Part shown: positions 12,282-24,395 of the stretch, in pieces
How positions within the stretch are numbered: the stretch's first letter is position 1
Layout: each line of letters opens with the position of its first letter
DNA from: Convolutriloba macropyga
Lineage: Eukaryota
NCBI RefSeq assembly: GCF_964194025.1
Contig: NC_134473.1
Location: forward strand, 73,594,001 to 73,658,000
Length of the DNA: 64,000 nucleotides
Direction: 5' to 3'
The notes under the pieces: generated by a model
The model's input: only the letters and a program-made list of their open reading frames with translations
Told to the model about the DNA's origin: nothing
The model's database searches: none
Position numbers and translations under genes: made by a program

Positions 12282-12611
12282 GGAAATCCATTACTATAAA
12301 TAATATTGAAAGTGAATGTCAACCACTTCTGACTTCTTCAATAAAATCAACTTAAATAAATAGCTTCAATAGAAATAGTTTGGGGAAAAGGAAATCAGGA
12401 AATGAATGAGCTTTGGAGGACGAAAGTGTAGGTGGGGGAGGAAAATGAGGGTGTGGGGGAGATAAAATAAAAAGGAACTTGGTTCCTTTACACTCCCGGC
12501 AACAAATAGCAACATTTGAAATGAAAATGTAAACAAAAAATAAAGCACAAATTTTTCTTTCTGATATTTAGTTTTTTTATGTGTGTGTGTGTGTGTTTCA
12601 ATGAACTTGTT

Positions 12612-15600
12612 TCAGTGACCCTCCGGTGCACTTGACAATTGCGGGAATACACGGCTAAGGGTTACTGCTGGTCTCTGTACCATTCCTGTAGATGTCTGGA
12701 TGTCGAAGCTCCTGGCTATTCCGTCTGAACCTCTGTGTGCTTTCACAATCCTCCCAAGAGGCCTGATGTCTCTGGGTCTTAAGTCCTGAGCACCCACACA
12801 ATGTCACCTTCATCAAGCTCATCATTTGATCTTTGCCACTTCGTTCTCTTGTTGAGCTCAGGAACAAACATACTCCTTCAGCAGCCTGCCGCAGTAGTGA
12901 TCAAGTAGTGTCTGCGTCAACTTGAAATCCTTAGTGGAGAACCGCTGGTTGCTGTTCACAAGAGGTGTCAAACATATGTGAGGTCTGCGAAGAAGTAAGT
13001 GATTCGGAGTAAGTGGTCCTTCATCTAAGATGCTGCAGCCCATATGAGTTCAAAATTGCCTCGGCCTCTGTCACAACTGTCTGGAAAACTGAGAGTATTA
13101 GTTTCCGACCGCCCAGCACTATTAGTAGACTCCTCTTCGGGGTCCGTATCAGCCTCTCCCAGACTCGTCCGAAGTGTGGAGCCAATGAAGGATTGAAAGT
13201 CCACTGAATGTTCTGTTGAGCCAATTGCAGTCTGACGTACTCGTTTTCTGGCTTGTAGGTGCTCTGGAACTTCAACTTCAACTTCATTGCTTGGTTGGCT
13301 CCAATGAAATTTTTGCCATTGTCACTCACAATGAGGTCAGGGTATCCACGTCGTGATACAAATCTGCGAATGGTCATGAGAAGACAATCGGTTGAGAGGT
13401 CATGGCACACTTCTAGTGGACAGCTCTTGTGACCAGGCATTTGAACAAGCAGACATACTGCATCTGGGTGCCCTCTCTTCTGTCCTCAATGTAGAATGGC
13501 CCAAACATGTCCATTCCTGTGTTGACGAAGGGGTACTGCTTGTTTACCACTGGGAACCTGAATTCAGGCAGGTCGGCCATCTTCGGTCTCACATTGTCTG
13601 CCCTCCATCGTCCGCAAATGAAACAGTATTTCCCCAGACTTCTCAGCGCCTTTCTCAACCCAATCATCAGGAAAGTCTGTTGCAGGTGAGCCTTCACATG
13701 TTCCAAGCCCTGATAGCCACAGTCATGGTGCGCCTTTTCAATCAACAGCCTTGCAATTCTGCTCCTGATATGGAGAACGAGGGGATGTTTCGCACTGTAG
13801 GTTAGAGGTGCCTTGTTGAGTCTTCCTCCCACCCTCAAGAGTCCGATGTCATCTAGAAAGGGAGTGAAGGGCATCAGATTGTCTCCTTTCTCTCGATTGC
13901 TTCCCTTCAACAGTGTAGAAATTGTTCCTGAGACAAACTCGTTTTGGGACGTTTTGATGAGGTAGTTCCTTGCCCCGTTCTCATCTGATGCAAATTTGTC
14001 AGTGTTGGAGGTCCCAGGCGATTCGTTTTATCTTCTAGTTTGAAGTTTTGCCTTGAAGCGTCTTATTGCCTGGAACACCATTCTAGTAGAGTTGAGTAGT
14101 CGACTCCATGTTGAAAGTTTTTCAACCTCAATGACCGGCGTCTGAAGATGTGTCGCTTGTGTAGCGCATATGTGGGGATCACTGTCCTCTGCAAAATTTT
14201 TGAGGCGTGAGGTGAGGTGTGCTTAGAAAGTCCGGTGGTTGAAGCCACAGATTTGGTATGTCTGATGGGGTGAAGCCTCGTGTGCCGTGGTCAGCGGGAT
14301 TCATCTTTCCAGGGATCTGTCTCCAATTGTCTGATTTGGACTTCTCGTGAATTTTGGTCAATCTGCTGGCAATGTATATCTTCTGTCTTTGCTTGGATTG
14401 TATCGATCCAAGTGTAGCGGTGCTATCTGTCTAAAAGTGCTTTGAGGTTATGGTTGTTGTCATCTTGCTCTCACAGAACCCACCTTGCTCTGCTCCAAGT
14501 GTTGCTGCTTCCAATTCCAGTTTTGGAACGCTCAGCTGCTTGATCGGCGCCACCTTTGTTTTGCTGATCACGTATTGTGATATGCAAGATCCATCGGCGT
14601 TGGTTGTCCTCACATAAACTATGGCAGCAATTCCACTCATTGAGGCATCAGTGAATGTGTGAAGTTGATGGGTCTCATTGGTGTTGGGAATCAAGCATCT
14701 AGGAATTTGGATTGGAGTCATGCTGTCGAGCTCATCCATCCACTCCTGTAATTCCTGCAGGTAGCATTCTGACACAGGTTGATACCAGTTTCTTCCCTCT
14801 TTAATGATTCTTTGGAGAATGCATCTAATTCTGATGGCAAAAGGTGAAATCAGTCCATCTGGATCGAACAGAGAAGCTGCTATTGAAAGAACTTTTCTTT
14901 GAGTCATCTGTTGTCCTGTGTAAAGAAACTTTGGTTTTGCAAACATCAATTTGTCAGTTTTGGGGTTCCACGGCTGACCAAGGATTCTTTGGGCTTTCAT
15001 TTCTGCCTTGTCTTCTTCCATTAGGTTTTCTAATGCGGCTGGTTTGTTGATCAGGAACTTCGTCAGATTGAATCCTCCTGTATGTAAAACAGTTTTGATC
15101 TCCTCTGCACTTCTGCGGGCCTCCCCTTCAGAAGAGTAGGTCTGCATGAAATCATCCATGTAGAACTGCTGCATGATTGATGTGTGCGCCTCTGGATGCT
15201 CATGTTTGTTGTCCTTTGCACACTTCTGCAGAACAAAAAATGCACAAGAAGGTGAGCATGTTGATCCAAAACTCAATCAATTGTATTTAAAGATCTTTTC
15301 CTTGCCGTTCTCTGTCCACAAAAAACGGAGATAGTCCTGGTCTTTTGGTTGGATGCCAATCTGCATGATCATTTCCTCGAGGTCAGCTGTGATTGCCACT
15401 GAGTACTGTCTGAAGCGGAGAAGGCCATACAGGTTGCAGAGTAGATCCGGCCCTGCCAGCAACGCATCATTGAGTGAGGTACCCTTATATTTGGAAGCAG
15501 CATTTGTGACTCTTCGGATTTTTTCTGGTTTCTGTTTGCTGATCACTGGGTGATGGGGAAGGTACCAGACAGAGTGTCTGCAACTGGGGTCTGCAGTTGT

Positions 15601-18281
15601 GATGTAGTTTTTATCCAAACCTTTTTTGATTGTTTCCTCGTATCGGTCTCTCAAGTTTGTGTCCCTCTCCAGTCTCTGTTGCAGAGCGTGCCACTGAACT
15701 TTGGCCATGAAGTAGTTGTTAGGGAGTGTGATGTCTTTCTTCCATGGAAGTCCAATCTGGTATCTGTCACCAATGTGTTTTATGGTATCATTGAGGATGG
15801 ACAGAGCTTCTTTGTTATCTGCAGACTGTCCCTTTGAAGAACACTGATTGAAGTTCGCTCCTTCAATTGTCCAGAAGAGTTGGAGAAGATCTTCATCTGG
15901 ATTGTCTTGTCGTCTCCTGATATGATTGAAAAGTGTTATGCTTGTGCTGTTTGAATGTCCGACCTTCTTCTGTGTGTTGCTCTGAGGAATGGGCCCTGTC
16001 AGTGTCCAGCCAAGCAAAGTGTTGACTCCGTAGGGGGTGCCAGTGGTTCCTGTTATGAACTGTCTGGGAACCGTTGCTGTGAATGCATCTGCTCCGATCA
16101 GAATTCCGATCCGGTTGTCTCTGATTAGTGGAAACCTTATGTTCTGGAGGTGAGAGTGGCCTCTGCAGATCTCATTCAACATTTCAATTTGAACTCTGGG
16201 CATTCGAAACTCCTCCATTGCTGTTGCGTACACAGGGATTCTGATCACAGGACAACTGCTGTACAAAGCTCCTATGCCGACCATGACATCTGCTGTTTTA
16301 ACTGAGTGTTCACCGTGAAGTGAAGCTAGTGGTAGGGTTATGTCTTTCGGTTGTTGAACTTAAAGTGCATCAGCAAACTTCTGTGTTATTTGAGTGTTGT
16401 CACTGCCACTGTCCAACAAAGCCTAGGTTTCAATGCAAAGGTCTCTGTTGAAAAGTGTTACTGATATCGCCTGCAATTGTATCTGCGGTCTGATCCATAA
16501 AGTTTCCTGTTAGTTGCTGCAAGTGTAGTTTTGTTAAGGAGTAGTTGCCTGCTGTTGAACTAAAGTGCGTTGATTGTTACTCTGCTGTCTGTTGACGTTG
16601 TTCTGCGCGTTCATCGGCTGAGGGTGAAAACCACTTTTGTTCCAGTTGCCCCTGTGTGAAGTGCTGCTGTTAGAGCCACTTGCCTGTTCTGGTTTCCACT
16701 CTAATGGTTGTAGTTTGAACTCGTCTGCTGTCTTTGGTTTTCATTATTAAAGTTACGTCCATAGCTTGACTGGTTTTGGTTTGTTTGGTTTCTGAAGACA
16801 TTGTTTTGTGAGATTTGATTCCAGTTCCCAATTGGTTGTGCATTTTGTTGCTGTTGCCTTGTATCTAACCTATGGAGCGTTGAGTGATGGAAGCCATTGC
16901 ATCTGTCCACAAGGCACCTTGTTTTCGATTGGCAGAGACCCTTTTCGTGAGTTCTTAGACAGTTAGGGCAGAGATTGAACCTCCTCACACAACCCTGTTG
17001 GTCATATACTGACTTTTCCAAGTATTCGGGACAACGACCAAGGTTGTGGTTTTGTGAGCAGAGTTGACATGACACATCTGGTGGCCCCCTTTTTGGAAAA
17101 GTGTTCATTCTGGTTCTCTGGTTCCGTTGTGGGGAGATGTCCTCGCACGCCTCTGCGTAGGATTCTATCCAATCAGCAAAGGGGGTAAGGTTAGGTTGCA
17201 GCAAGCCTTGGCTTCTTGTGTGCTGATTCCATCTGATTATCATGTAAGGGTTCAGTTTGTCTCTGGCCATTCTCAAGAAAGCTGAAGACTTCAAATCAGC
17301 TTCAAAGTTGTCGAGCCGGAAGGTTTGTACAAGTCTCCTCAAGAAAGACGAAAAGCTCGCAAAAGAGTTTGGTTCGTCTAATCTGGGTTTTGGCCACTTC
17401 TCTAATTGATCCAGGTATGCAGCGACAATATGCTGTGGTTTGCCAAACTTTCTGGTCAGTTCAGCGATGGCTTCATGGTAGTAATCACCATTGTAGGAGT
17501 TTCCACTTATGGAATCTCTTGCTTTATGTGTTACAGAGTTTTGGAGGTATGTCGTTTTTTGCGCGTCTGAGAGGCCACTGTTGTTGTGAATGGTTGCTTT
17601 GAAGAAACTGAACCACTGATGCCATTTCAGGGGGTCACCTGTGAAATTGTCAATTTAAATCTTAGGCAAACTCAATGTGTTCTGTATCATCAGTGCTTGG
17701 TGTTGCATCCAGTCTGGTGGGAAACTCGGAAAGCCATTGTATAGGTTGTTGTTATAGCCCTTGTTATTGTGTCCATCAGGTCCACTGAAATTGTTCACTG
17801 GTAGTTGATTGATTTGCGGTGTGTACCTATAGCTCATGGTCGGAGCAGCTTGGTTATTTTTGTGAAAAGAACACGGTTGTGGCAAATGCCCTGCTCTGCT
17901 ATCCTCACTCTCATGTCGGCTCAACATTGTTCTCTTCTTTCGATCGTTCATCTGTTCTCAGTGTCCCTGTGAGAAATTCCCGGCTCCTTCCTCTCTCTTC
18001 AATGTTCAGAACGGGTTGAGAATTATCAGGGTCTTCTGATTCGGACGAGTCAGCGTTGTTACTTTCCTGATTGTTGCGGCTTGCGAAATGATGTTTCATT
18101 GCTCTATTGCGTAAAGGGTACTGTTTTCTTAATAGATTAGGGGAAGCCGCTGCTGATGTGTTAAAAGGGGATTCAGTGTCACTTGCATCTGTTCTGTGTG
18201 CTTTTGCTCTCTGTTTGCATTTCAGCATGGTTATGTTTCTTTCGGCAGATTCATTAGCAAGTGCTGTCAACTCTTCACTTG
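12612..18281 (-). pseudogene. Disrupted gag-pol of BEL copy B
   Basis: ORFs 17911-18270, 17655-17951, 16701-17342, 15277-16284, 14431-15276, 13413-13910 and 13021-13440 are separated by stops and frameshifts. Confidence 0.92.
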
Positions 18282-19045
18282 CTTACTGTACTTAGCTAAT
18301 GTTTTTTGCTTAATGTTTGTTTGCTATGTTTTTGCTTGTCGCTATCACTAATCAGTGATGTTTGATACAGATGTGATGCTAATCAGAAGTTGTTTAGAGT
18401 TAAGCCTTTTCACTAATCAGTGAAGTTATTACAAACTTAGATAAATGTGATGCTTAATTTGTTGCCTTTTTGTTTTTCGAGCGCGACTGAAAGAACCCTA
18501 AACTGTGGTGGCTAACTTTGACTATTGTGTGTGTCTACTGACATTGGTGGGGGGCATAACTTCACGTTCTTATAAACCTTAAGGTAGCAAGGGCATACCA
18601 GGCCTTGCAACTAATCCTAAGTTAATGTGTGTGTTAGTGGTGCTTTTAAATTTCACCTAGAGGAGGACCTACTCCTTTCAGAACTAATGCGGAAAGATAC
18701 TATATTGATCCAACGATAACTAGACGCCTATTTAAATCCAACTTTCGAAATGACGACTTTCAATTCTGCAAGTAAGGCTAGCCCATCTGTCGTGACTAGG
18801 CATCCCACGCAAGCATCCTTCTCAGGAGAACTCTCAAATCAGTCTTCACTTCTAGAGCCAGAATAAAAATCAGTTGGATCTTTTGTGATTGTGATGTTTT
18901 TGATTAAAACATGTGAAGTTATCAAACCAGAGTTTAAATGTGCTAAGTGTCAAATGTCTAAGTTCCCCCTATAAAATCCAAAATTCCCCAGTCTGAGTCG
19001 AGCAAGTTTCAAAGGTCCTTTTTTGACCCTAGGATACGCCAGAAA

Positions 19046-19406
19046 TGTTCATGCTCTTCGGCCTAAGTCTTGCATACCAAGACAACTTTTCATTAATATT
19101 TGTATTTCTGAAAGTCGCAACCATGGTAGCAAATCAACCTCTATAAATACATCATAATTCGCGCCATTGGCACATAAGTTGTGGTTAAAAACGGGAAATC
19201 CCTTGCTATAAAAATTATTGAAAGTGAATGTCAACCACTTCTGACTTCTTCAATAAAATCAAATTAAATAAGTAGCTTCAATGGAAATAGGTTGGGGGAA
19301 TGGAAATCAGGAAATGAATGGGTTTTGGAGGACGAAAGTGTAGGTGGGGGGAGGAAATTGAGGGTGTGGGGGGAGATAAAATAAAAAGGAACCTGGTTCC
19401 TTTACA
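19046..19406 (-). repeat. 5' LTR of BEL copy B
   Basis: Reverse complement of 4248-4606, with TG...CA ends and the same PBS. Confidence 0.88.
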
Positions 19407-19507
19407 GACACTTCCTGTCTTGGACAGTCAGGTCAATGATCTTTTTCCTTTTGGGCTGTCCAAGGATGGCAGCATTGAAGTTGCAATAAAATATCTAGTT
19501 TTATTAC

Positions 19508-19539
19508 CTCGTATAGGAGCGGGTTCTCTAACATCACCC
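19508..19539 (-). pseudogene. Relic duplicate of the 3' end of the GPCR TM2 exon (VMLENPLLYE|GTAATA)
   Basis: Aligns to the real exon end VMLENPILCE|GTATGA and keeps a GT donor; truncated by the element starting at 19540. Confidence 0.75.
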
Positions 19540-19700
19540 CCCAGGTTGAGGTGTGCGCTCGAAACGGTCCCGGTCCAGACCATTTCGAGCGCACACCTGA
19601 CCTTTGTGCGCTCGAAATTACAGGGTCTGGAAGGTGGAATGAGCGCTCTTGTGTCTGATCATTGGCGGATTCGAGCGAATTTCGAGCGCATACAGACTGA
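19540..19700. mobile_element. One end of a CCCAGGTTGAGG-terminated non-autonomous DNA transposon (EnSpm/CACTA-like)
   Basis: Terminus is the reverse complement of the end at 29121-29132; shares GCGCTCGAA, CCAGACC and TCTGATCA motifs. Confidence 0.6.
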
Positions 19701-19719
19701 GTATCTAAAGTGTTCATAC

Positions 19720-19883
19720 CTCACATAGAATCGGGTTCTCCAACATGACCCGGTCCCCGTAGATGACGCCAATGAGGGCGATCGAGTTCATGAACATCAC
19801 TCCGAGATCGAACAGGGCCAAGTTGGCCACAAACAGGTGGGCCAGTTGACGCAAATGTTTCATAAACATCAGACTCACTATCA
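19720..19883 (-). CDS. GPCR ICL1-TM2-ECL1 exon (IVSLMFMKHLRQLAHLFVANLALFDLGVMFMNSIALIGVIYGDRVMLENPILCE)
   Basis: ttgttttcAG acceptor, GTATGA donor, 164 nt, phase 1->0; NLAxxD motif (D2.50) and C3.25; GC-rich island against AT-rich flanks. Confidence 0.92.
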
Positions 19884-20239
19884 CTGAAAACAAACTTTGG
19901 CTATTTTGAAATAGTTTAACGCAAAAAAAATTTTACAGAAGAATTCGTGCGAAAAATCTAGCCAGCTTTAAGTGAAAAATACGGTTGATGATGTGGTTGA
20001 TTGAAAAGATTTCTGTAAACAATGGCATTAAAAATATCATACGTAGAAACATAAATTGTTAGTATATGTGTTTCCTGAGAAAAAAAAACTAGTCCATTTA
20101 GCTAGTTCTTGATTAGATGTTCCATATTTTTTCAGATATAGCGAAATATACCATGTCTAGACACGTTATAACAAATTTAATTTTAGCGAATATAAATTTA
20201 CAAATTTTTGCTGTAAATTTAGGAAGTAATATTCCTAAC

Positions 20240-20357
20240 CGAGTATGTTTCCTGGCACTCCCATAGTTGTCATGACAACCAACCAAGTGAGGGTTATCCA
20301 CCTCATTACAGTCAGACGACCAGGGGGCACGGAATCCATAGGCAGTATCCAGTAATC
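20240..20357 (-). CDS. GPCR TM1 exon (DYWILPMDSVPPGRLTVMRWITLTWLVVMTTMGVPGNILV)
   Basis: aattttAG acceptor, GTTAGG donor, 118 nt ending in phase 1; splices to give GNILVIVSL (N1.50). True start codon uncertain. Confidence 0.88.
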
Positions 20358-22769
20358 CTAAAATTTAAATATGCGGAAGATAAATATGCAAAAGTTTGTA
20401 TTTGTAAATCTGTTCGTTTTTCTTTATATTTCTTTTGAATCATTTTGAATATTAGCTATTCGCAACGCAACCACACTAACTTTGACCACCTAAAATTCTT
20501 TTTTTAAAGTTTGTAAATATCATTATTGTTATGGCGTTGACTAAAATTCTGACGAATGGAATTTATAAAGAAATAAAATAGAAAAACTACCAATAAGGCT
20601 CGGTATTGAGCGTACGCACATAATGCTCCGACCCCTCTCATCCACATTCTTGACTTAATTGGCTACCAAATGTTGCATTGATAGAAAAAACAACAGAATT
20701 GATAGTTGAATTATTTACGACCAAAACTCGACGTCTACATCAAAACATCATAACAAAATCAAACTAGTATCAGATAAAACCTAAACAAAACAATTTAACC
20801 TATACTTCATTAGAACAAATTTGGGACCTGTCCTTAGTCGACTGGGTAACAGGTCGACAAAAAGAGCAAACAGGCGCGAACATCAAAAAGTACGTTTCTA
20901 TTTTTGAAAGCAATTAGTTTTAAAGTGATTACACTCATTAGATATAAACTGAAATAAAGAGATCGTTCATTTATATGTCCCGAGGAAGCAGTTGATACCA
21001 GTCATTATTCAGTGTACGTCATAAGACTACCAAAAGAAAGACAAATGCCGGCAAAAAAAATCAACTCAACTTTGCGCGAAAATGGCAGTAAAGCCGTTAA
21101 AACCAAAAAACTTGTCACCAAGAGCATTAAAATTGTTCAATTGCGCAAAAATTTAGCGCCAATTGGGCCTACCATCAATTTCATATTTTAATAAAAAAAA
21201 ACAAAAATCCTTTAAAATCTTTAAATATAAAAAAATCTCATTTTATCGGACTAGTATCAACGGTAATAGTAAAGAATCAATTGGTAATAGAATCAATTGT
21301 CTTAAATTAAAACCGGTACAGAGATTAAGCTTGAGTTCACTGGAAACGGGTTGTGACTAGTCTTTACAGAGGCAAAGCAACAAATTGGATTAAAAAAAAT
21401 TAAAATGGCGAAGCTCAACAATCCAAAATGTTTTCGAAAATAAAAGTTTAACAAAGCATAACATAAATAAGATTTCAACAAAAAATGGCTTAAAATGCAA
21501 CATCTTAGGAAGTCGTTTGGGCCTGTTACAATTGAGACTAAGTCACGAGACTACAAAATAGCAAAAAAACAGGCAGAAATCAAAATTTCACAAACATTTT
21601 TACGACACCACATTGATCAAGGCACTATATTTAAAGACGTTATCTACAAGTACTGTAGACCATCAGCTGCTTCTCTTCTGAACATCAACGGGTTTTCTTT
21701 ATAAAAAGAACACGGGAAAATGACAACAAAACTAAACCCAAAAACTGAAGAACTTTGAAATCTATTACAAACGAACAATAACAACTTAGAAAGTATTAAA
21801 AACAAAAATACCTCTTTTCATGAAATTAATTTGTCAAAGCCATTAGTCAAAACATGCAAAGAACGGAAATCTGAAATGCAAAAAGGCTTTAAAGACTTTT
21901 TAATAATGACAATGAGTTACAGGGTGGCGAAAATGAGAGCAAAAGGTGACAGTTAAGAAAACTTTTTTTAAACTATTAGTTTGAAAGTCATTAAAACAAA
22001 AAGCTATCAACCGCAAATTTTTATTTAAAATATATATTTCCTGGGGAAGCAATTGACACATATCGTTATCAGGTATGTGTCGTAAATAACAAAAATAAAG
22101 AAACACATAGGCAAAAATAAAAACATCCACTAAATTTTGCTTGAAACAAGTGTCCCAGACCCAAAGCAAAAATTATTCAACAAAAACAAATAACATATTC
22201 AGATGCATTTCTGTCCAAAGCTGTACTTTTCCTTACTTTTCCTTAACTTTGATTTCCTCCAATTGGACCTGTCAATAAAGTGGACCTGTCAAATTGGATC
22301 TTTGATTGGGTGAATAAACTATTGGACTACAAAAGTATTACGAATGAATGCAAAACATAAGAAGTTCACAGAATTTTACGAAAAGATTTGGTCAGAGCAG
22401 TAGAAACCTTGAGCTTAACTCTGAAACAATCATATATAAAATATATGTTTGTTGGGCCTCTTTTTGTTACTAGTATCTGTCAATAATTGAGCCTTGATTT
22501 GAAGTTCTTATCAGTATTTTACAGAAAATATATAAATGCGGAAATATTTTGAAAAAATACTGCGCCCAATCAGAATCCAAATTTTCATAACCGTAAGGAT
22601 ACATGGTGAGATCAAGATCAGCCCTGATACATCTGCACTCCTAAAAAATGATCAAATGGTTGCCAGAAAAGCAATTTTCAAACTTATTTTTTCAGTATAT
22701 CAAAAATAAGTAAAGCATTTTTTGTAATTATCGAATTTCAATTTCCGCAAAGCTAGCGAAAGTATAATT

Positions 22770-23312
22770 CCAGAAGACTCTTAAAGCCAGTGGGAGTAAA
22801 ACTAGCTCCCTTTTTGAGGTTTTGAAGAATATTATTGTAGTTTTAAGGTGTCTACTTGCGGCAAATTTTAAAAGAGTGGGCTAAAATAAATATTTAGTCC
22901 AATTTTTTAAGAAAAAGTCTGAAAGTTGATATGTTTATCTTAGATTCTAGCCAAAAAATTCGAATCGAGTAACCCAGCAACCCTCTTTTTTTAAACAAGA
23001 TCAGATCACTGTTCTTACTATTTTTGAGGTACTTCAGCAAAATTGACAAAAATTTGTTAAAAAATACGGAAAATGTGAATAAAAACAACGGTATATCGTC
23101 TCCTATTCCCAAAATTTAAGCCTCGGAAACTCCCTGCGAAAACCAAAAAACTGTAAAATTTTTTTATTCCATATTGTAGACAGGACGGGCCTTCTAATGA
23201 TATCACTCGCAACTCTCTAAATTAATTATATCGATCGGCCAAAACTGACTGAACAAAAAAAACCTATTTCAGTATATAGTTCCTCTCCCACTAAAGTGAG
23301 TCGGAACTATAA
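22770..23312 (-). mobile_element. Possible Helentron/DINE-type non-autonomous element
   Basis: Ends in an interrupted palindrome TATAGTTCC...GGAACTATA; left boundary is a guess. Confidence 0.3.
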
Positions 23313-24395
23313 GTTCTGTTTCTAAAAGCTATGTCAGTTGATCATCTCATTGGCACGAGTTTTGAATCTTTCAATTGTTAATGAAAAGCACGTTAAAATC
23401 GTGCCTCTATCAAAGAAAGGGACTACTCAAAATGTTTTAAAAAGCAGATGAAAACCAAATTTTAGTGCAAATTTTCATGCAAACTTGCCGTTGCTAGATG
23501 ATGAATTCCACCCACCGTTTTATGGTACATGATTTTCTTATGTACCATAACTGACTAGAGAACAGCAATAGAAACAATTAATGTTTTCTGAACAATCAAT
23601 GTTTTTTTTAAGAAAAATTTCGAAATTGGCTGGCAGAGTTACTTTGTAAAACGGAATATTTGTCTATTTTCTGAGACTGTCATGTCTTATTGACAGCATC
23701 AAAGTTTTATAATTTTTTAATTAAGCCAATCTGTTGGAACGGGTTTTCAAAAAGAAGCCTTTAAAACAAACTTTCTCCTGAAAATTACTATTTGCACAAA
23801 CGAAACAGATAGATGACGTTTTATCGTTTGTTTGCAGTTTTCTCAGTTTTTAAAAAAGTTTGAAGAAAATAGCTGTTTTCGCGGTCGTTCAAGGAAATTT
23901 TTTGATCATTATCATGTTTTTGTATCTTTAGACTAGAATTTAACTTCTGGTTTTCAATAATTTTAATTTTTCCAAGTAATTTTAAAATTGTATAATAATG
24001 CGGCTCTTAGGGAGAAATCCAGAGTTTTCTTTTATAAGATATAAATTTTTGCTTCGATAAAAGAAGCTAGGGAAAAAAATTTCTGGCATTAGAAGCTTTG
24101 TTGTAATTTTTAGAGTTTTAGTAACCTTAGAGTCAAAACTATTCAAAACCCTTCATAAATTAAACTATTAAAAGCTTCAATTCGTTCGAAAAGAGGCTTT
24201 TTGAACATGTTCAGTGGTCAACTTAAAAATTTGATGAAATTTCGCAGGAAGTTGTTTTGGAAAAAAGGTTGTGCTGTGTTTTGCAAAAAAAACGTATGTG
24301 AGTCCTGTCAATAGATTCTTCTGCGTACAAATTGTCATTCTTTAATTTTGATTCAGTTATAGCAATTCTAAACATAACTAGCAACGTATATAGTT

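Larger units (their letters stand above)
12281..19406 (-). mobile_element. BEL/Pao LTR retrotransposon copy B, inverted relative to A (defective, 3' LTR truncated to 12281-12492)
   Basis: Reverse-complement homolog of A. RT FYMDD and RNaseH in ORF 14431-15276; integrase 12612-13910; lacks the ~347 bp that contain the gag ATG (A 5368-5714; CAA microhomology). Confidence 0.96.

Noticed and set aside
12231-12330. Palindrome as an amplification or long-read fold-back artefact
   Set aside because: Arms differ by many substitutions and private deletions or duplications; an artefact would give near-identical arms.
4243-19411. Whole palindrome integrated as a single composite transposon
   Set aside because: No target-site duplication across the outer ends (GGGCC vs GACAC).
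21490-21900. ORF 21495-21704 faintly resembling a Penelope-type N-terminus
   Set aside because: No RT or GIY-YIG motifs recognised nearby; similarity too weak by eye.
22592-22640. Possible upstream GPCR exon on the minus strand (tttttAG...ACG|GTTATG, 49 nt)
   Set aside because: Splice signals and phase are plausible but no protein motif supports it; cannot be called without transcripts.
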